From assembly GCA_023418055.1 (NCBI GenBank), contig JAEZDP010000064.1:687-64686 (forward strand): 64,000 nt of DNA. The letters run 5' to 3'. How positions within the stretch are numbered: the first letter of the stretch is position 1; each line of letters opens with the position of its first letter. The notes beneath the pieces were generated by a model. That model worked only from the letters and a program-made list of their open reading frames with translations. It had not been told where the DNA came from and made no database searches. The stretch comes from Acidobacteriota bacterium. GTDB lineage: Bacteria; Acidobacteriota; Vicinamibacteria; Vicinamibacterales; Vicinamibacteraceae. This document shows, piece after piece, positions 1-8,512 of the stretch. A program made the translations under genes and the position numbers.

Positions 1-461
1 GTGGCCTGGCGCAGCAGGTGGCCGATGCCGCGCAGTTCGCGGGCGAGGCGACCCAGCTGCCACGCAAGCCCCAGGGCGTACACGCCCACGAGGAGGATGG
101 TGCCCACGAGGTGCCAGCTGATGCGCCACGTCACCGGGGCCGACTCCGGGGGGCTCATGGCCACGGCCGTCACGTGCCCGTCGGGGACGGCCATGTCGAC
201 GGTGGTCCGCACGGCGAGGGCCACCACCTCGCCGAGTCGCGTTCCCGCCGTTGCTGTCTCTGCCGCGGCCACGCCCCACGGGATCTCGAGGGCTGGCGCC
301 GGCACGAGCGCCAACAGCAGCCGCGCCGAGACCAGCCACCAGAGCCACACACGCACGCGAGGGGGAATGGCCGGCACCAGCGAGGTCACGGTCCAAATCG
401 CCAGCCCGAACAGGCCGCCCTGGAGGGACGCCGACACCAAGACGTCGAGGAGCGCCGTCAT
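1..461 (-). CDS. BlaR1/MecR1-like (peptidase M56 family) signal transducer, N-terminal membrane part; the 3' end lies outside the window
   Basis: Not in the supplied track because there is no stop inside the window. Hand translation of the minus strand from ATG 461..459, which overlaps the upstream repressor stop as ATGA, stays open to base 1. It reads MTALLDVLVSASLQGGLFGLAIWTVTSLVPAIPPRVRVWLWWLVSARLLLAL..., with hydrophobic helices like BlaR1 N-termini. It sits directly downstream of a BlaI-type repressor. The HExxH protease motif would lie outside the window, so the family call rests on context. Confidence 0.55.
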   Translation of the reverse strand, partial: MTALLDVLVSASLQGGLFGLAIWTVTSLVPAIPPRVRVWLWWLVSARLLLALVPAPALEIPWGVAAAETATAGTRLGEVVALAVRTTVDMAVPDGHVTAVAMSPPESAPVTWRISWHLVGTILLVGVYALGLAWQLGRLARELRGIGHLLRQA

Positions 462-865
462 CGTGTCCCCCTCGACCGCTCGCGCAGGCGCTCGACGATG
501 TCTTCGAGTTCCTGCACGTGCTCCGGGGTGAGGTCGTCGGCGCTGTCGCCGAGATACGCGACGACAGGCGACACCGAGCCGCCGAGGGTCCGCTCGATGA
601 AGCTGCCGACCGCGCGTTTGAGCACGTCGCCCGGGCTCATCGCCGACCGATAGCGATAGCCGCCGCGGGCCTGCCGCCGGGTGAGATGCCCCTTCTTCCG
701 CAGGCGCTCCATCATCGTGAGCACCGTGGACCGGGCCAGGCCGCGAGGCTGGCCGAAGCCGTCAGCCACCTCTGCCACCGTGGCGCCTTCGTGTTCGGCC
801 ACCCAGGTGAGCAGGGCCAATTCCTGATCGCCTATCGACTGTCTGCGCACTATCCGCCTCGTCAT
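458..865 (-). CDS. blaI: BlaI/MecI/CopY-family transcriptional repressor
   Basis: Track ORF 458..916. The winged-helix sequence (ELALLTWVAEHEGATVAEVADGF...STVLTMMERLRKKGHLTRR) is typical of the family. I prefer ATG 865 (MTRRIVRR..., 135 aa) over TTG 916, because the inverted repeat and promoter-like hexamers at 869..916 would otherwise be coding. Confidence 0.85.
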   Translation of the reverse strand: MTRRIVRRQSIGDQELALLTWVAEHEGATVAEVADGFGQPRGLARSTVLTMMERLRKKGHLTRRQARGGYRYRSAMSPGDVLKRAVGSFIERTLGGSVSPVVAYLGDSADDLTPEHVQELEDIVERLRERSRGTR

Positions 866-868
866 TCT

Positions 869-914
869 GACTACACGTGTCGTCAACACGCTACCGCTGA
901 CGACAGGTGTAGTC
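869..914 (-). promoter_or_regulatory. Putative BlaI operator overlapping a sigma70-like promoter
   Basis: GACTACACGTGTCGTCA (869..885) and TGACGACAGGTGTAGTC (898..914) form an inverted repeat matching 16 of 17 positions, with a 12-nt spacer and TACA/TGTA cores. On the minus strand, TTGACT (916..911), 17 nt, then TAGCGT (893..888) precede ATG 865. Confidence 0.5.
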
Positions 915-1028
915 AACCCCGCACCCCTGAGACGGCAGAAGCGGCGCCGGGGTTCACCTGCCGTCTCCGCCGCTGTCGCGGGACGCCTCGATGGTCTATG
1001 CTGCAGGCCTCATGGAAGGACAGCCCCA

Positions 1029-2357
1029 GTGATGGATCGCCGAGAGTTTCTGCTTGCCATGGCTGCCGCGGGTGCGACGCAGACGGCAGGGCCACGTGCG
1101 GAGTGGCGCGCCGGGCTGGCGGTCGTGGACATCACGCCCCCGGCGGGCATCTGGATGGGCGGGTACGCGGCACGCACCAGTCCCGCCCAGGGCACGCTCC
1201 AGCCGCTGCACGCCAAGGCCCTGGCGGTGGACGACAACGCCGGCACCACGTGCGTCCTGGTCACCCTGGACCTGCTGGGCCTCACCGCACCGATGGTGGC
1301 GACCATCGCTGGTGAGGTCGAACGCCGCTTCGGCCTGCCCCGGCGGGCCCTGGTGCTGAGCAGCAGTCATACCCATTCGGGCCCGGTCGTGGACGATCAA
1401 CTGGCCGTGGCCTACGACCTGACGCCGCCGCAGTGGGAGGCGATCACCGCATCGACCCGCCGCATCGAGCGCCAGGTGGTCGACGTCGTCGGCCGGGCGC
1501 TCGAGGCCCGGCAGCCCGCGCGGCTGCGCGCGGGTGAAGGGCGCGCGAGCTTTGCGGCGAACCGCCGCACGCAGTACACCCCCGACGGTCCCGTCGATCA
1601 CGCGGTGCCGGTGCTGTCCGTGGAACGCCCGGACGGGACGATCGCCGGGCTCGTGTTCGCCTACGCCTGTCACAACACCACACTGCAGGCCGAGTCGGTG
1701 CAGTTCCACGGCGACTACGCGGGTGTGGCGCAGGCGGAGCTGCAACGACGCCATCCCGGTGCGGTGGCGATGTACATGGCCGGATGCGGTGCAGACAGCA
1801 ACCCCAGCCCGCGCGGGACCCTCGCCCTTGCCGAGCGTCACGGGCGTGCGCTGGCCGACGCCGTCGATGCCGCCCTCTCGGATGTCACGCCGGTCACGGG
1901 ACGACTGCGTTCGGCGTTCGGCCACGCGACGCTGCCCTACGCGCCGGTCCCAGACGCCTCGACATGGAAGACACGGCTTACCGACGACGATGTGTACGTG
2001 CGGCGCCACGCTCGCCTCATGCTCGAGGTCCTGGCCAGGGAGGGGCAACTCCCGACCAGCGAAGAGGCGCCCGTCCATGTCGTGCGCCTCGGCTCGCTGA
2101 CGCTGGTGGCGCTCAGCGGGGAAGTGGTGGTGGACTACGCCCTGCAGATCAAGCAGACCCACGGGGCACACGTCTGGGTGGCTGGATACTGCGACACGGT
2201 GTTCGGCTACGTGCCCTCCCTGCGTGTGCTGCGCGAAGGTGGGTACGAAGGCGGCGGCGCGATGCTGTACTACGGCCGTCCGGGGCCGTTTGCCGATCCG
2301 GTCGAGTCCAGGCTGATCGAACAGGTGGCCGCGCAGATGGCGGCCACCGCCACCTGA
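1029..2357 (+). CDS. Secreted neutral/alkaline non-lysosomal ceramidase N-terminal-domain-like hydrolase
   Basis: 442-aa ORF with a twin-arginine signal (MMDRREFLLAMAAAGATQ). The body resembles the ceramidase N-terminal domain consensus (GYAARTSPAQG..LHAKALAVDD..VLVTLDLLG..SSSHTHSGP). The family assignment is from memory. Confidence 0.7.
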   Translation: MMDRREFLLAMAAAGATQTAGPRAEWRAGLAVVDITPPAGIWMGGYAARTSPAQGTLQPLHAKALAVDDNAGTTCVLVTLDLLGLTAPMVATIAGEVERRFGLPRRALVLSSSHTHSGPVVDDQLAVAYDLTPPQWEAITASTRRIERQVVDVVGRALEARQPARLRAGEGRASFAANRRTQYTPDGPVDHAVPVLSVERPDGTIAGLVFAYACHNTTLQAESVQFHGDYAGVAQAELQRRHPGAVAMYMAGCGADSNPSPRGTLALAERHGRALADAVDAALSDVTPVTGRLRSAFGHATLPYAPVPDASTWKTRLTDDDVYVRRHARLMLEVLAREGQLPTSEEAPVHVVRLGSLTLVALSGEVVVDYALQIKQTHGAHVWVAGYCDTVFGYVPSLRVLREGGYEGGGAMLYYGRPGPFADPVESRLIEQVAAQMAATAT

Positions 2358-2368
2358 GGAGTGTGAAC

Positions 2369-3712
2369 GTGAGTGGAGGAGTCACCCGTCGCGCGTTTCT
2401 CGCGTCTGCCGCCGTTGCCGGTGCCGCCACCGGGGCTGGCGGGACGTTCGTGTTTGCCCGCGCCGCCGACACGCCGGCGGTGTTGGGCGGTCCGCCGGTG
2501 AGGACCGCGCCGTTTCCCGGCTGGCCGGTCGCCGACGACCTCGACGCCCGCGCCCTGGCGGACGTGCTGCAGAGCGGCCGATGGAATCGCGGCCGGTGTG
2601 TCGACGCGTTCGAACGCGACTACGCGGCTCTCACGGGCGCCACTCACTGCCTGGCCGTGGCCAATGGCACGAGCGCCCTGTTGACGGCGCTCGCCGCGCT
2701 CGGCATCGGTCCGGGCGACGAGGTCATCGTGCCGCCCTACACCTTCGTGGCCACCGTCAACGCCGTGCTGCTGCGGCACGCGCTGCCGGTCTTTGTCGAC
2801 ACCGACCCGGAGACGTTCCAGATCGACGCCTCCCGCGTGGCGCAGGCCATCACGCCGCGCACCCGGGCCATCGTGCCGGTGCACGTCGGCGGCTCGCCGG
2901 CCGATCTCGACACGATCCTCGCAGCGGCCTCCGGCCGTCAGATCCCCGTGATCGAGGACGCCTGCCAGGCCCATCTCGCCGAATGGCGCGGGCGCAAGGT
3001 TGGCAGCGTCGGCACCTGCGGGGCCTTCAGCTTTCAGGCCAGCAAGAACCTGAACGCCGGCGAGGGCGGTGCGCTGCTCACGAGCGACGAGACGCTCTTC
3101 GAGCGCGCGTACGCCTTCCACAACAACGGCGGACGCCGGTCGCGGCGCCCCGAGCAGGCGCCACACGGCCACGCCGGCGCCAACCTGCGGCTCACCGAGT
3201 TCCAGGCCGCCATCCTGTCGAGCCAGATGACGCGGCTCGAAGAGCAGCAGGCGCGTCGGGACGCCAATGCCGCCTACCTCGCGGCGCAACTGGCGGCGGT
3301 GGACGGCCTCCGCCCCGCGGCGCTGTACCCGGGCGTCACGCGGAGCGCCTATCACCTGTTCATGATGCGGTACGACGCCGCCCGGTTCGGCGGGCTGCCG
3401 CGCGCCAGGTTCCTCGAAGCGCTTCGCGCCGAAGGCGTGCCGGCCTCTGGTGGCTACGCGCCGCTCACGCGCGACCCCGACGTGGTAGCCACCCTGGCGT
3501 CGCCCAGCTTCACGCGCATCTACGGCAAGAAGGCACTGGCCGACCGCGCCGCGCGCAGCGCGTGCCCCGTGAACGACCGGCTGTGCGACGAGGCGGTCTG
3601 GCTGACCCAGACCATGCTGCTCGGCACGCGTCAGGACATGGACGACATCGTCGCCGCCGTCAGGAAGGTGCAGGCCCACGGGGCACGCCTGGCGCAACAC
3701 GGCTCCGCGTAG
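2369..3712 (+). CDS. DegT/DnrJ/EryC1/StrS-family PLP-dependent aminotransferase with twin-arginine signal peptide
   Basis: Same frame as track ORF 1784..3712, whose 5' part overlaps the previous gene. The start is placed at GTG 2369 (alternative 2363), just after GAGGAG. TRRAFLASAAVAGAATGAGG is a TAT motif. Family hallmarks are present: VANGTSALLTALAALGIGPGDEVIVPPYTFVATVNAV and FSFQASKNLNAGEGGAL. Confidence 0.8.
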   Translation: MSGGVTRRAFLASAAVAGAATGAGGTFVFARAADTPAVLGGPPVRTAPFPGWPVADDLDARALADVLQSGRWNRGRCVDAFERDYAALTGATHCLAVANGTSALLTALAALGIGPGDEVIVPPYTFVATVNAVLLRHALPVFVDTDPETFQIDASRVAQAITPRTRAIVPVHVGGSPADLDTILAAASGRQIPVIEDACQAHLAEWRGRKVGSVGTCGAFSFQASKNLNAGEGGALLTSDETLFERAYAFHNNGGRRSRRPEQAPHGHAGANLRLTEFQAAILSSQMTRLEEQQARRDANAAYLAAQLAAVDGLRPAALYPGVTRSAYHLFMMRYDAARFGGLPRARFLEALRAEGVPASGGYAPLTRDPDVVATLASPSFTRIYGKKALADRAARSACPVNDRLCDEAVWLTQTMLLGTRQDMDDIVAAVRKVQAHGARLAQHGSA

Positions 3713-3722
3713 CGGCCCGCGG

Positions 3723-4214
3723 TCAGAGGTAGGCGAGGAGGCGGCCGCAGACGAGCGCAGTGCTCCAGGCCAGCAGCGAGACGACCGCCGCGGCGCGCGC
3801 GGCTGCCGGGGGATGCGGCGAGTAGTTCCAGACGGCGATGTCGCGGTGCACGCCGCGCGCGAAGATCGCGGCGTTGCACACGCCCGCGGCAATCGCGGCG
3901 ACCTTCAGCAGGAACACCGGCTGCGTGATGAACGTGGCGGCCTGCGTCGAGAAGAGGAGCGCACCAGACACGAGCGCCAGCGCGAAGCCCACGCGCGCCC
4001 ACGGCAGCAGGTGACGGGCCATCGCATCGGCCGGCAGGCGCGACGACAGCCCGAGCAGCCGCAGGTCGAAGGCCACTGCCGTGCCGATGAGCACGGCGAG
4101 GCCGAACAGGTGCACGACCTCGACGGCGGGGTAGCCCCACGTGGACGTCCGCACCCATGTCGCGATGGCGGTGCGTTCGAGCCACGTGGCCCAGAAGAAC
4201 CCGCTCCCGTCCAT
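3723..4214 (-). CDS. Four-TM membrane protein (DUF6644-like)
   Basis: C-terminal 163 aa of track ORF 3723..4433, starting at ATG 4214 (MDGSGFFWATWLERT...). Its start overlaps the upstream gene's stop (TGATG). It has four hydrophobic helices and a DLRLLG motif. The N-terminal extension in the track is Arg/Gly-rich shadow sequence. Confidence 0.6.
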   Translation of the reverse strand: MDGSGFFWATWLERTAIATWVRTSTWGYPAVEVVHLFGLAVLIGTAVAFDLRLLGLSSRLPADAMARHLLPWARVGFALALVSGALLFSTQAATFITQPVFLLKVAAIAAGVCNAAIFARGVHRDIAVWNYSPHPPAAARAAAVVSLLAWSTALVCGRLLAYL

Positions 4215-4579
4215 CACCGCAGTTCGACGGTCTTCTCTCCGATGGTGATGCGCTCCGCACGCATCTCGTTGGCCTGCTGCTTGTGCGCATAGCCGACGAT
4301 GCGCGCCCGCGTGCCGGCCGCCAGCATCGCTTCGCTCAGGCCACGTGCCTGCATGCGCGACGTGGGCGCGAGCACGACGTCCCAGGTCTTGCCGTCGGCC
4401 TCGACCCGCGCGGTGCCATGCGGGTTGCCCCACGTCGACGACCGGATGGTGCCGTCCACCGTCAACGGCTTGGTCTCGTCGTACGCACTCCAGCCGTGGT
4501 GGGCCACCGCGGCCGTGGCGATACCGAAGATCACGAGCAACGCCGCAGCGCTGCGGCGAAGAGCAGCTTGCCTCGTCAT
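4214..4579 (-). CDS. Small secreted protein (DUF6152-like); the mature N-terminus is predicted to be His-His
   Basis: C-terminal 121 aa of track ORF 4214..5047. ATG 4579 is preceded by GGGAGG. The signal peptide is MTRQAALRRSAAALLVIFGIATAAVA, followed by HHGWSAYDETKPLTVDG.... Confidence 0.7.
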   Translation of the reverse strand: MTRQAALRRSAAALLVIFGIATAAVAHHGWSAYDETKPLTVDGTIRSSTWGNPHGTARVEADGKTWDVVLAPTSRMQARGLSEAMLAAGTRARIVGYAHKQQANEMRAERITIGEKTVELR

Positions 4580-4647
4580 GAGGACCTCCCTGCGATGAGT
4601 GCTGAACGGCATGGGTGGCGACACGGCGTCCACGTCGCCGCGGAACG

Positions 4648-5298
4648 TCACGGCAGCACTTTCACCATGATGTTCCGGTAGTGCACCTTGCTCTTCGGGT
4701 CGTGCCCCTGCAAGGCGAACGTGCCGCTCGAGAGCACGCGTTCCTTCATCGACGCCGGCCGTTCGACGTTGGCGGGTTCGGTGTAGTCCACCAGTTGCTT
4801 GCCATTGACGCTGATGGTCACCTGCTTGCCTCGGACGACGATGTGCTGCGTGAACCACTCGTGGTCCTTCGCCGGGGGCGTCGTGACGTTGACGATGTTG
4901 TACAGGCTGCCGGTGCGGATCGTGTCGGTGTGCGAGTTGTTGACCTGCACCTCGTACCCCTTCGAGGGCCAGCCGCCTTCCTGGTACTCCGTGTGGAAGT
5001 ACATGCCCGAGTTCGCGTTGGGGAAGGTCATCACGTCGGCCTTCCATTCGAAGTTCGTGAACCGGTGGTCGTTCACGGGGCCGTCGTAGTACAGGTGCGC
5101 GCGCGGGCCGAACACCTGCAGCACACCATCGACGACACTGAAGGTGTCGGCATTCTCACCGACCTTCCAGCCGTTGAGCGTCTTGCCGTCGAACAACGGG
5201 ACCCACCCATCGTCCTGGGCCGTGGAGTAGGAGGCCGAACCGGCCACGAGGACGAGCAGCGCCGCAAGCGCGCCCGACAGGCGGAACACGAGACTCAT
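4648..5298 (-). CDS. DUF1080 (3-keto-disaccharide hydrolase-like, concanavalin-fold) secreted protein
   Basis: ATG 5298 with AGGAG upstream, a signal peptide, then WVPLFDGKTLNGWK...FEWKADV...YRNIMVKVL, the typical DUF1080 start and end motifs. Confidence 0.8.
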   Translation of the reverse strand: MSLVFRLSGALAALLVLVAGSASYSTAQDDGWVPLFDGKTLNGWKVGENADTFSVVDGVLQVFGPRAHLYYDGPVNDHRFTNFEWKADVMTFPNANSGMYFHTEYQEGGWPSKGYEVQVNNSHTDTIRTGSLYNIVNVTTPPAKDHEWFTQHIVVRGKQVTISVNGKQLVDYTEPANVERPASMKERVLSSGTFALQGHDPKSKVHYRNIMVKVLP

Positions 5299-5397
5299 GA
5301 AGGCTCCTGACGAAGGTCGCGCGGTGTGCGGCGACGCAGACAACGGTGATGCCCGACACGATACCAGACCGGGCATCGGGAATGCACCTGCGCGGCG

Positions 5398-7887
5398 TCA
5401 CTTGAGGCGATGACGGGCCGCGTCGAGCGCTTGCCGCGTGGTGGCCAGCGAGGGGTGGTCGGGCGGCAGCGCCTTCACCTGCGCGGCATGGGCCGCCTCG
5501 AGCAGCGGCAGCGCGTCGCGCACGCGGCCGGCATCGACGTGGTAGTCGGCCAGCGTACGCATGGCGACCGCCGTGGCAGGATGGTCGGCTCCGAGCAGGT
5601 CGCGGCGCATGTCGAGCGCCACCTGCACGTAGCGGGTGCCCTCGTCTCGATGCCCCCGATGGCGGTAGAGAAACGTGCCGAGGTTGAAGTAGTCGTGCGC
5701 CACGTCCGCATGGCGTTCGCCATACACGGCCTGGTCGATCGCCAGGACCTCGCGATAGAGACCCTCGGCGCGGTCGAGGTCACCGCGACGCTGCACGACC
5801 AGCGCGAGGTTGGTGAGAATCGTGGCCAGGGCGGGGTTCGGCTCGGTGTAGATCTCCCGTGCGGCCTCGACGCCGCGCTCGAGCACCTCGAGGGCCTCGT
5901 CCTGGCGGTCGAGTTCCCGCAACAGCAGGCCGCGGAACGACGCCAGCGCCACGAGCTTCGGATGCGGGTCGTCGATGGCCCGGAGTTCGGCCCGCAGCAG
6001 GGGCTCGGCCCTATCGAGGTGGGTCAGGGCATCGTCGTACTGTCCGAGTTCGTAGTGGGTGACGGCCATGTTGTAGAGCACGCTGCCCGCGCCGTGGCTG
6101 CCCTCGCCTCCGGCCGCGAGCCTGATCTCGGCGGCCTCTGCCAAGACGGCGCTCGCCTCCGCGAAGCGGCCCGCGGTGAGGTGCACGAGCCCGATGTTGT
6201 TGAGCACCTCGCCGACAGGCGCGCTGGCGGGGCCGGAGACCGCCCGTCGAATCTCGAGCGCCTGCTCGTACAACGCGAGGCTCTCGGCCGTGTCGCCGCG
6301 ATCGAGGCGGATGCGGGCGAGCCGTCCGAGCGTATCGGCCACGAGTGGATGGCTGGCGCCGAAGGCCTGCCGCCGCACGTCGAGTGCCTCGCGCAGCAGA
6401 GGCTCGGCCTGATCGATCCGCCCGAGCTCCCGATACACCGAGCCGAGCGTGAAGAGCAGTTGCCCGCGCACGGCCGGCTCGTCGGTCAACTCGCTCCGGA
6501 TGCGCGCCACGCCGCGGTCCACCATCTCGCGGGCGGTGATCCCTCGATCCTTTCCCGTCTCAGGGCTCGCCACGTCGAACAGGCTCACCAGGAAGTCGGA
6601 CACGGCCGTGGCTGTGCCCGCCTCGATCCGTGCCTGCTGCTCGGCCTCCAGCGCTCGCGTGCGTTCGCGCGCCAGCAGAACCACGAACACCAGCCCCCCG
6701 ACCGCGGCCAGCGCGGTCACGGCGACGCCGAACACATGCCGCTGCACGAAGCGCTGGGTGCGGTAGGGCAGGCTGTCGGGACGGGCGAGGACCGGGCGTC
6801 CCTCCAGAAAGCGCTCGAGATCGGCCGAGAACTGCTCCGCCGATCCGTAGCGCCGCTCGGGATCGGGATGGATGGCCTTGAGCACGATGGTGTCGAGGTC
6901 GCCGCGCAACAGGCGTCGCAACCTGGCCGGCGACACGGCGCGCGCCGCGGCCCGATCGACGATCGTGCTCTCGGGAGCGGCGGCCAGCGTCCTCGTGTGC
7001 ACGGCGGCACTCGGACGCAGCGGTCGTGACCGCTCGGTCAGGCGAGCGGATACCGCCGTCGGCGTCCTCCGTGCGAAGTCGTAGGGACGATGGCCCGTCA
7101 GCAACTCGTAGAGCACGACGCCGAGCGAGTAGACGTCCGAGCGGGCATCCACCCCGCCGCCGATGGCGCCCGCCTGCTCGGGGCTCATGTACTCGGGGGT
7201 GCCGATGAACTGCCCGACCACGGTGGCCTGCGACGCCAGCGGTTCGTCGTCGTTGACGGCGCGCGCAATACCGAAATCGATGATCTTCGGCTGGAGCTGC
7301 CCGTCCACTACGGCCACCAGGATGTTGGAGGGCTTGAGGTCGCGATGCAGCACGCCCTTCTGGTGCGCATGCTGCACCCCTCGGAGCACCTCGAGGAACA
7401 GACGCAGCCGCTCGTGCACCCCCAGCCGTCGCGCATCACACACGTCCGTGATGCGGCCGCCGCGCACCAGTTCCATGGCCACGAAGGGCCGGCCGTCGGC
7501 CGTCGCCCCGGCGTCGAGCACGCGCGCGATGGCCGGGTGGTCCATGAGCGCGAGCGCTTTCCGCTCGCTCGCGAAGCGACGGACGATGGACTCGGTGTCC
7601 ATGCCGCGCTTGATGACCTTCAAGGCCACGTCGCGCCGCAGCGGCTGCTCCTGCCGGGCCAGGTACACCTCGCCCATGCCGCCCTGCCCGAGACGGGGAC
7701 CGAGCTGATAGGCACCGACGTGTTCTTCAAACAGCAGGTCGCGCGCCTGCTGCAGGGCGTGGACGCGCGGCGCGACGGCGTCGCCTTCGCGAAGCGTCCG
7801 CGTGGACAGGATGTCAGGCCAGGCCGAATCGTCGTCGGATGGTGCGCGCGAGGGGGCAGGGGTGTCGAAATCGTCGGGAGTGGGCAC
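5398..7887 (-). CDS. Ser/Thr protein kinase with one TM helix and a C-terminal TPR array
   Basis: 829 aa with a GTG start. Hanks motifs are present: GQGGMGEVY, HRDLKPSNIL, DFGIA, GTPEYMSPEQ. A TM helix (VFGVAVTALAAVGGLVFVVLLA) is followed by repeated TPR-like LALYEQALEIRR / LGRID.A.PLLREAL units. Confidence 0.9.
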   Translation of the reverse strand: MPTPDDFDTPAPSRAPSDDDSAWPDILSTRTLREGDAVAPRVHALQQARDLLFEEHVGAYQLGPRLGQGGMGEVYLARQEQPLRRDVALKVIKRGMDTESIVRRFASERKALALMDHPAIARVLDAGATADGRPFVAMELVRGGRITDVCDARRLGVHERLRLFLEVLRGVQHAHQKGVLHRDLKPSNILVAVVDGQLQPKIIDFGIARAVNDDEPLASQATVVGQFIGTPEYMSPEQAGAIGGGVDARSDVYSLGVVLYELLTGHRPYDFARRTPTAVSARLTERSRPLRPSAAVHTRTLAAAPESTIVDRAAARAVSPARLRRLLRGDLDTIVLKAIHPDPERRYGSAEQFSADLERFLEGRPVLARPDSLPYRTQRFVQRHVFGVAVTALAAVGGLVFVVLLARERTRALEAEQQARIEAGTATAVSDFLVSLFDVASPETGKDRGITAREMVDRGVARIRSELTDEPAVRGQLLFTLGSVYRELGRIDQAEPLLREALDVRRQAFGASHPLVADTLGRLARIRLDRGDTAESLALYEQALEIRRAVSGPASAPVGEVLNNIGLVHLTAGRFAEASAVLAEAAEIRLAAGGEGSHGAGSVLYNMAVTHYELGQYDDALTHLDRAEPLLRAELRAIDDPHPKLVALASFRGLLLRELDRQDEALEVLERGVEAAREIYTEPNPALATILTNLALVVQRRGDLDRAEGLYREVLAIDQAVYGERHADVAHDYFNLGTFLYRHRGHRDEGTRYVQVALDMRRDLLGADHPATAVAMRTLADYHVDAGRVRDALPLLEAAHAAQVKALPPDHPSLATTRQALDAARHRLK

Positions 7888-8005
7888 GGCCGCGCCCAGT
7901 GTAATCCGGAGCTCGGCCTGGGGCGGGCGGCGGCGGCAGCGGTTCGATATGATGGGCGCTCACCCTGCGCGGGCCCCGCGAGGCCCAACGTCCAGAGGAC
8001 CTGAC

Positions 8006-8512
8006 GTGGCCGAACAGACCTTGCACGTGAACGGCCGGAGCGTGACCGTGGAGGCGAGTCCCGACGATCGCCTGCTCGAGATCCTGCGGCACGACCTCCA
8101 ATTGACCGGCACGAAGTACGGCTGTGGCGAGGGGCAGTGCGGAGCCTGCAGCGTGCTGCTCGACGGACGCCTGGTGAAGTCGTGTGTCACCAGACTGTCG
8201 GCGGTGGGCAACCGTCCAGTCGTCACCATCGAGGGTGTGGCCGATGCCGACCGCCTGCATCCCGTGCAGCAGGCCTTCCTGGATGTCGAGCCGTTCCAGT
8301 GCGGCTACTGCACCCCCGGCATGGTCATGGCCACCGTAGCGCTGTTGCGCAGCCGGCCGAACCCCACGCGCGATGAGATCGTCCGCGAACTCGATCGTCA
8401 TCTGTGCCGGTGCGGCGAGTACCCTCGGCTGGTAGAGGCCGTTGAGCGGGCCGCGGAGAGGATGGCGGGAAGGACGGACGGGAGGACGGGAGGACAGGAG
8501 GATGGGCGCTGA
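8006..8512 (+). CDS. (2Fe-2S)-binding small subunit of a xanthine dehydrogenase/aldehyde oxidase-family Mo-hydroxylase
   Basis: GTG 8006 follows AGAGGA. The motifs CGEGQCGACSV and CGYCTPG...CRCG indicate two 2Fe-2S sites. The C-terminus is a low-complexity GRTDGRTGGQEDGR tail. Confidence 0.9.
   Translation: MAEQTLHVNGRSVTVEASPDDRLLEILRHDLQLTGTKYGCGEGQCGACSVLLDGRLVKSCVTRLSAVGNRPVVTIEGVADADRLHPVQQAFLDVEPFQCGYCTPGMVMATVALLRSRPNPTRDEIVRELDRHLCRCGEYPRLVEAVERAAERMAGRTDGRTGGQEDGR

Noticed and set aside
2270-3892. A 540-aa minus-strand ORF antisense to the DegT-like gene. Similar cases are 996..2171(-) and 2581..3732(+).
   Set aside because: The sequence is Arg/Gly/Ala/Pro-rich and low-complexity, with no recognisable motifs. 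It is fully overlapped by a plus-strand gene with clear family signatures. This is a typical GC-driven shadow frame.
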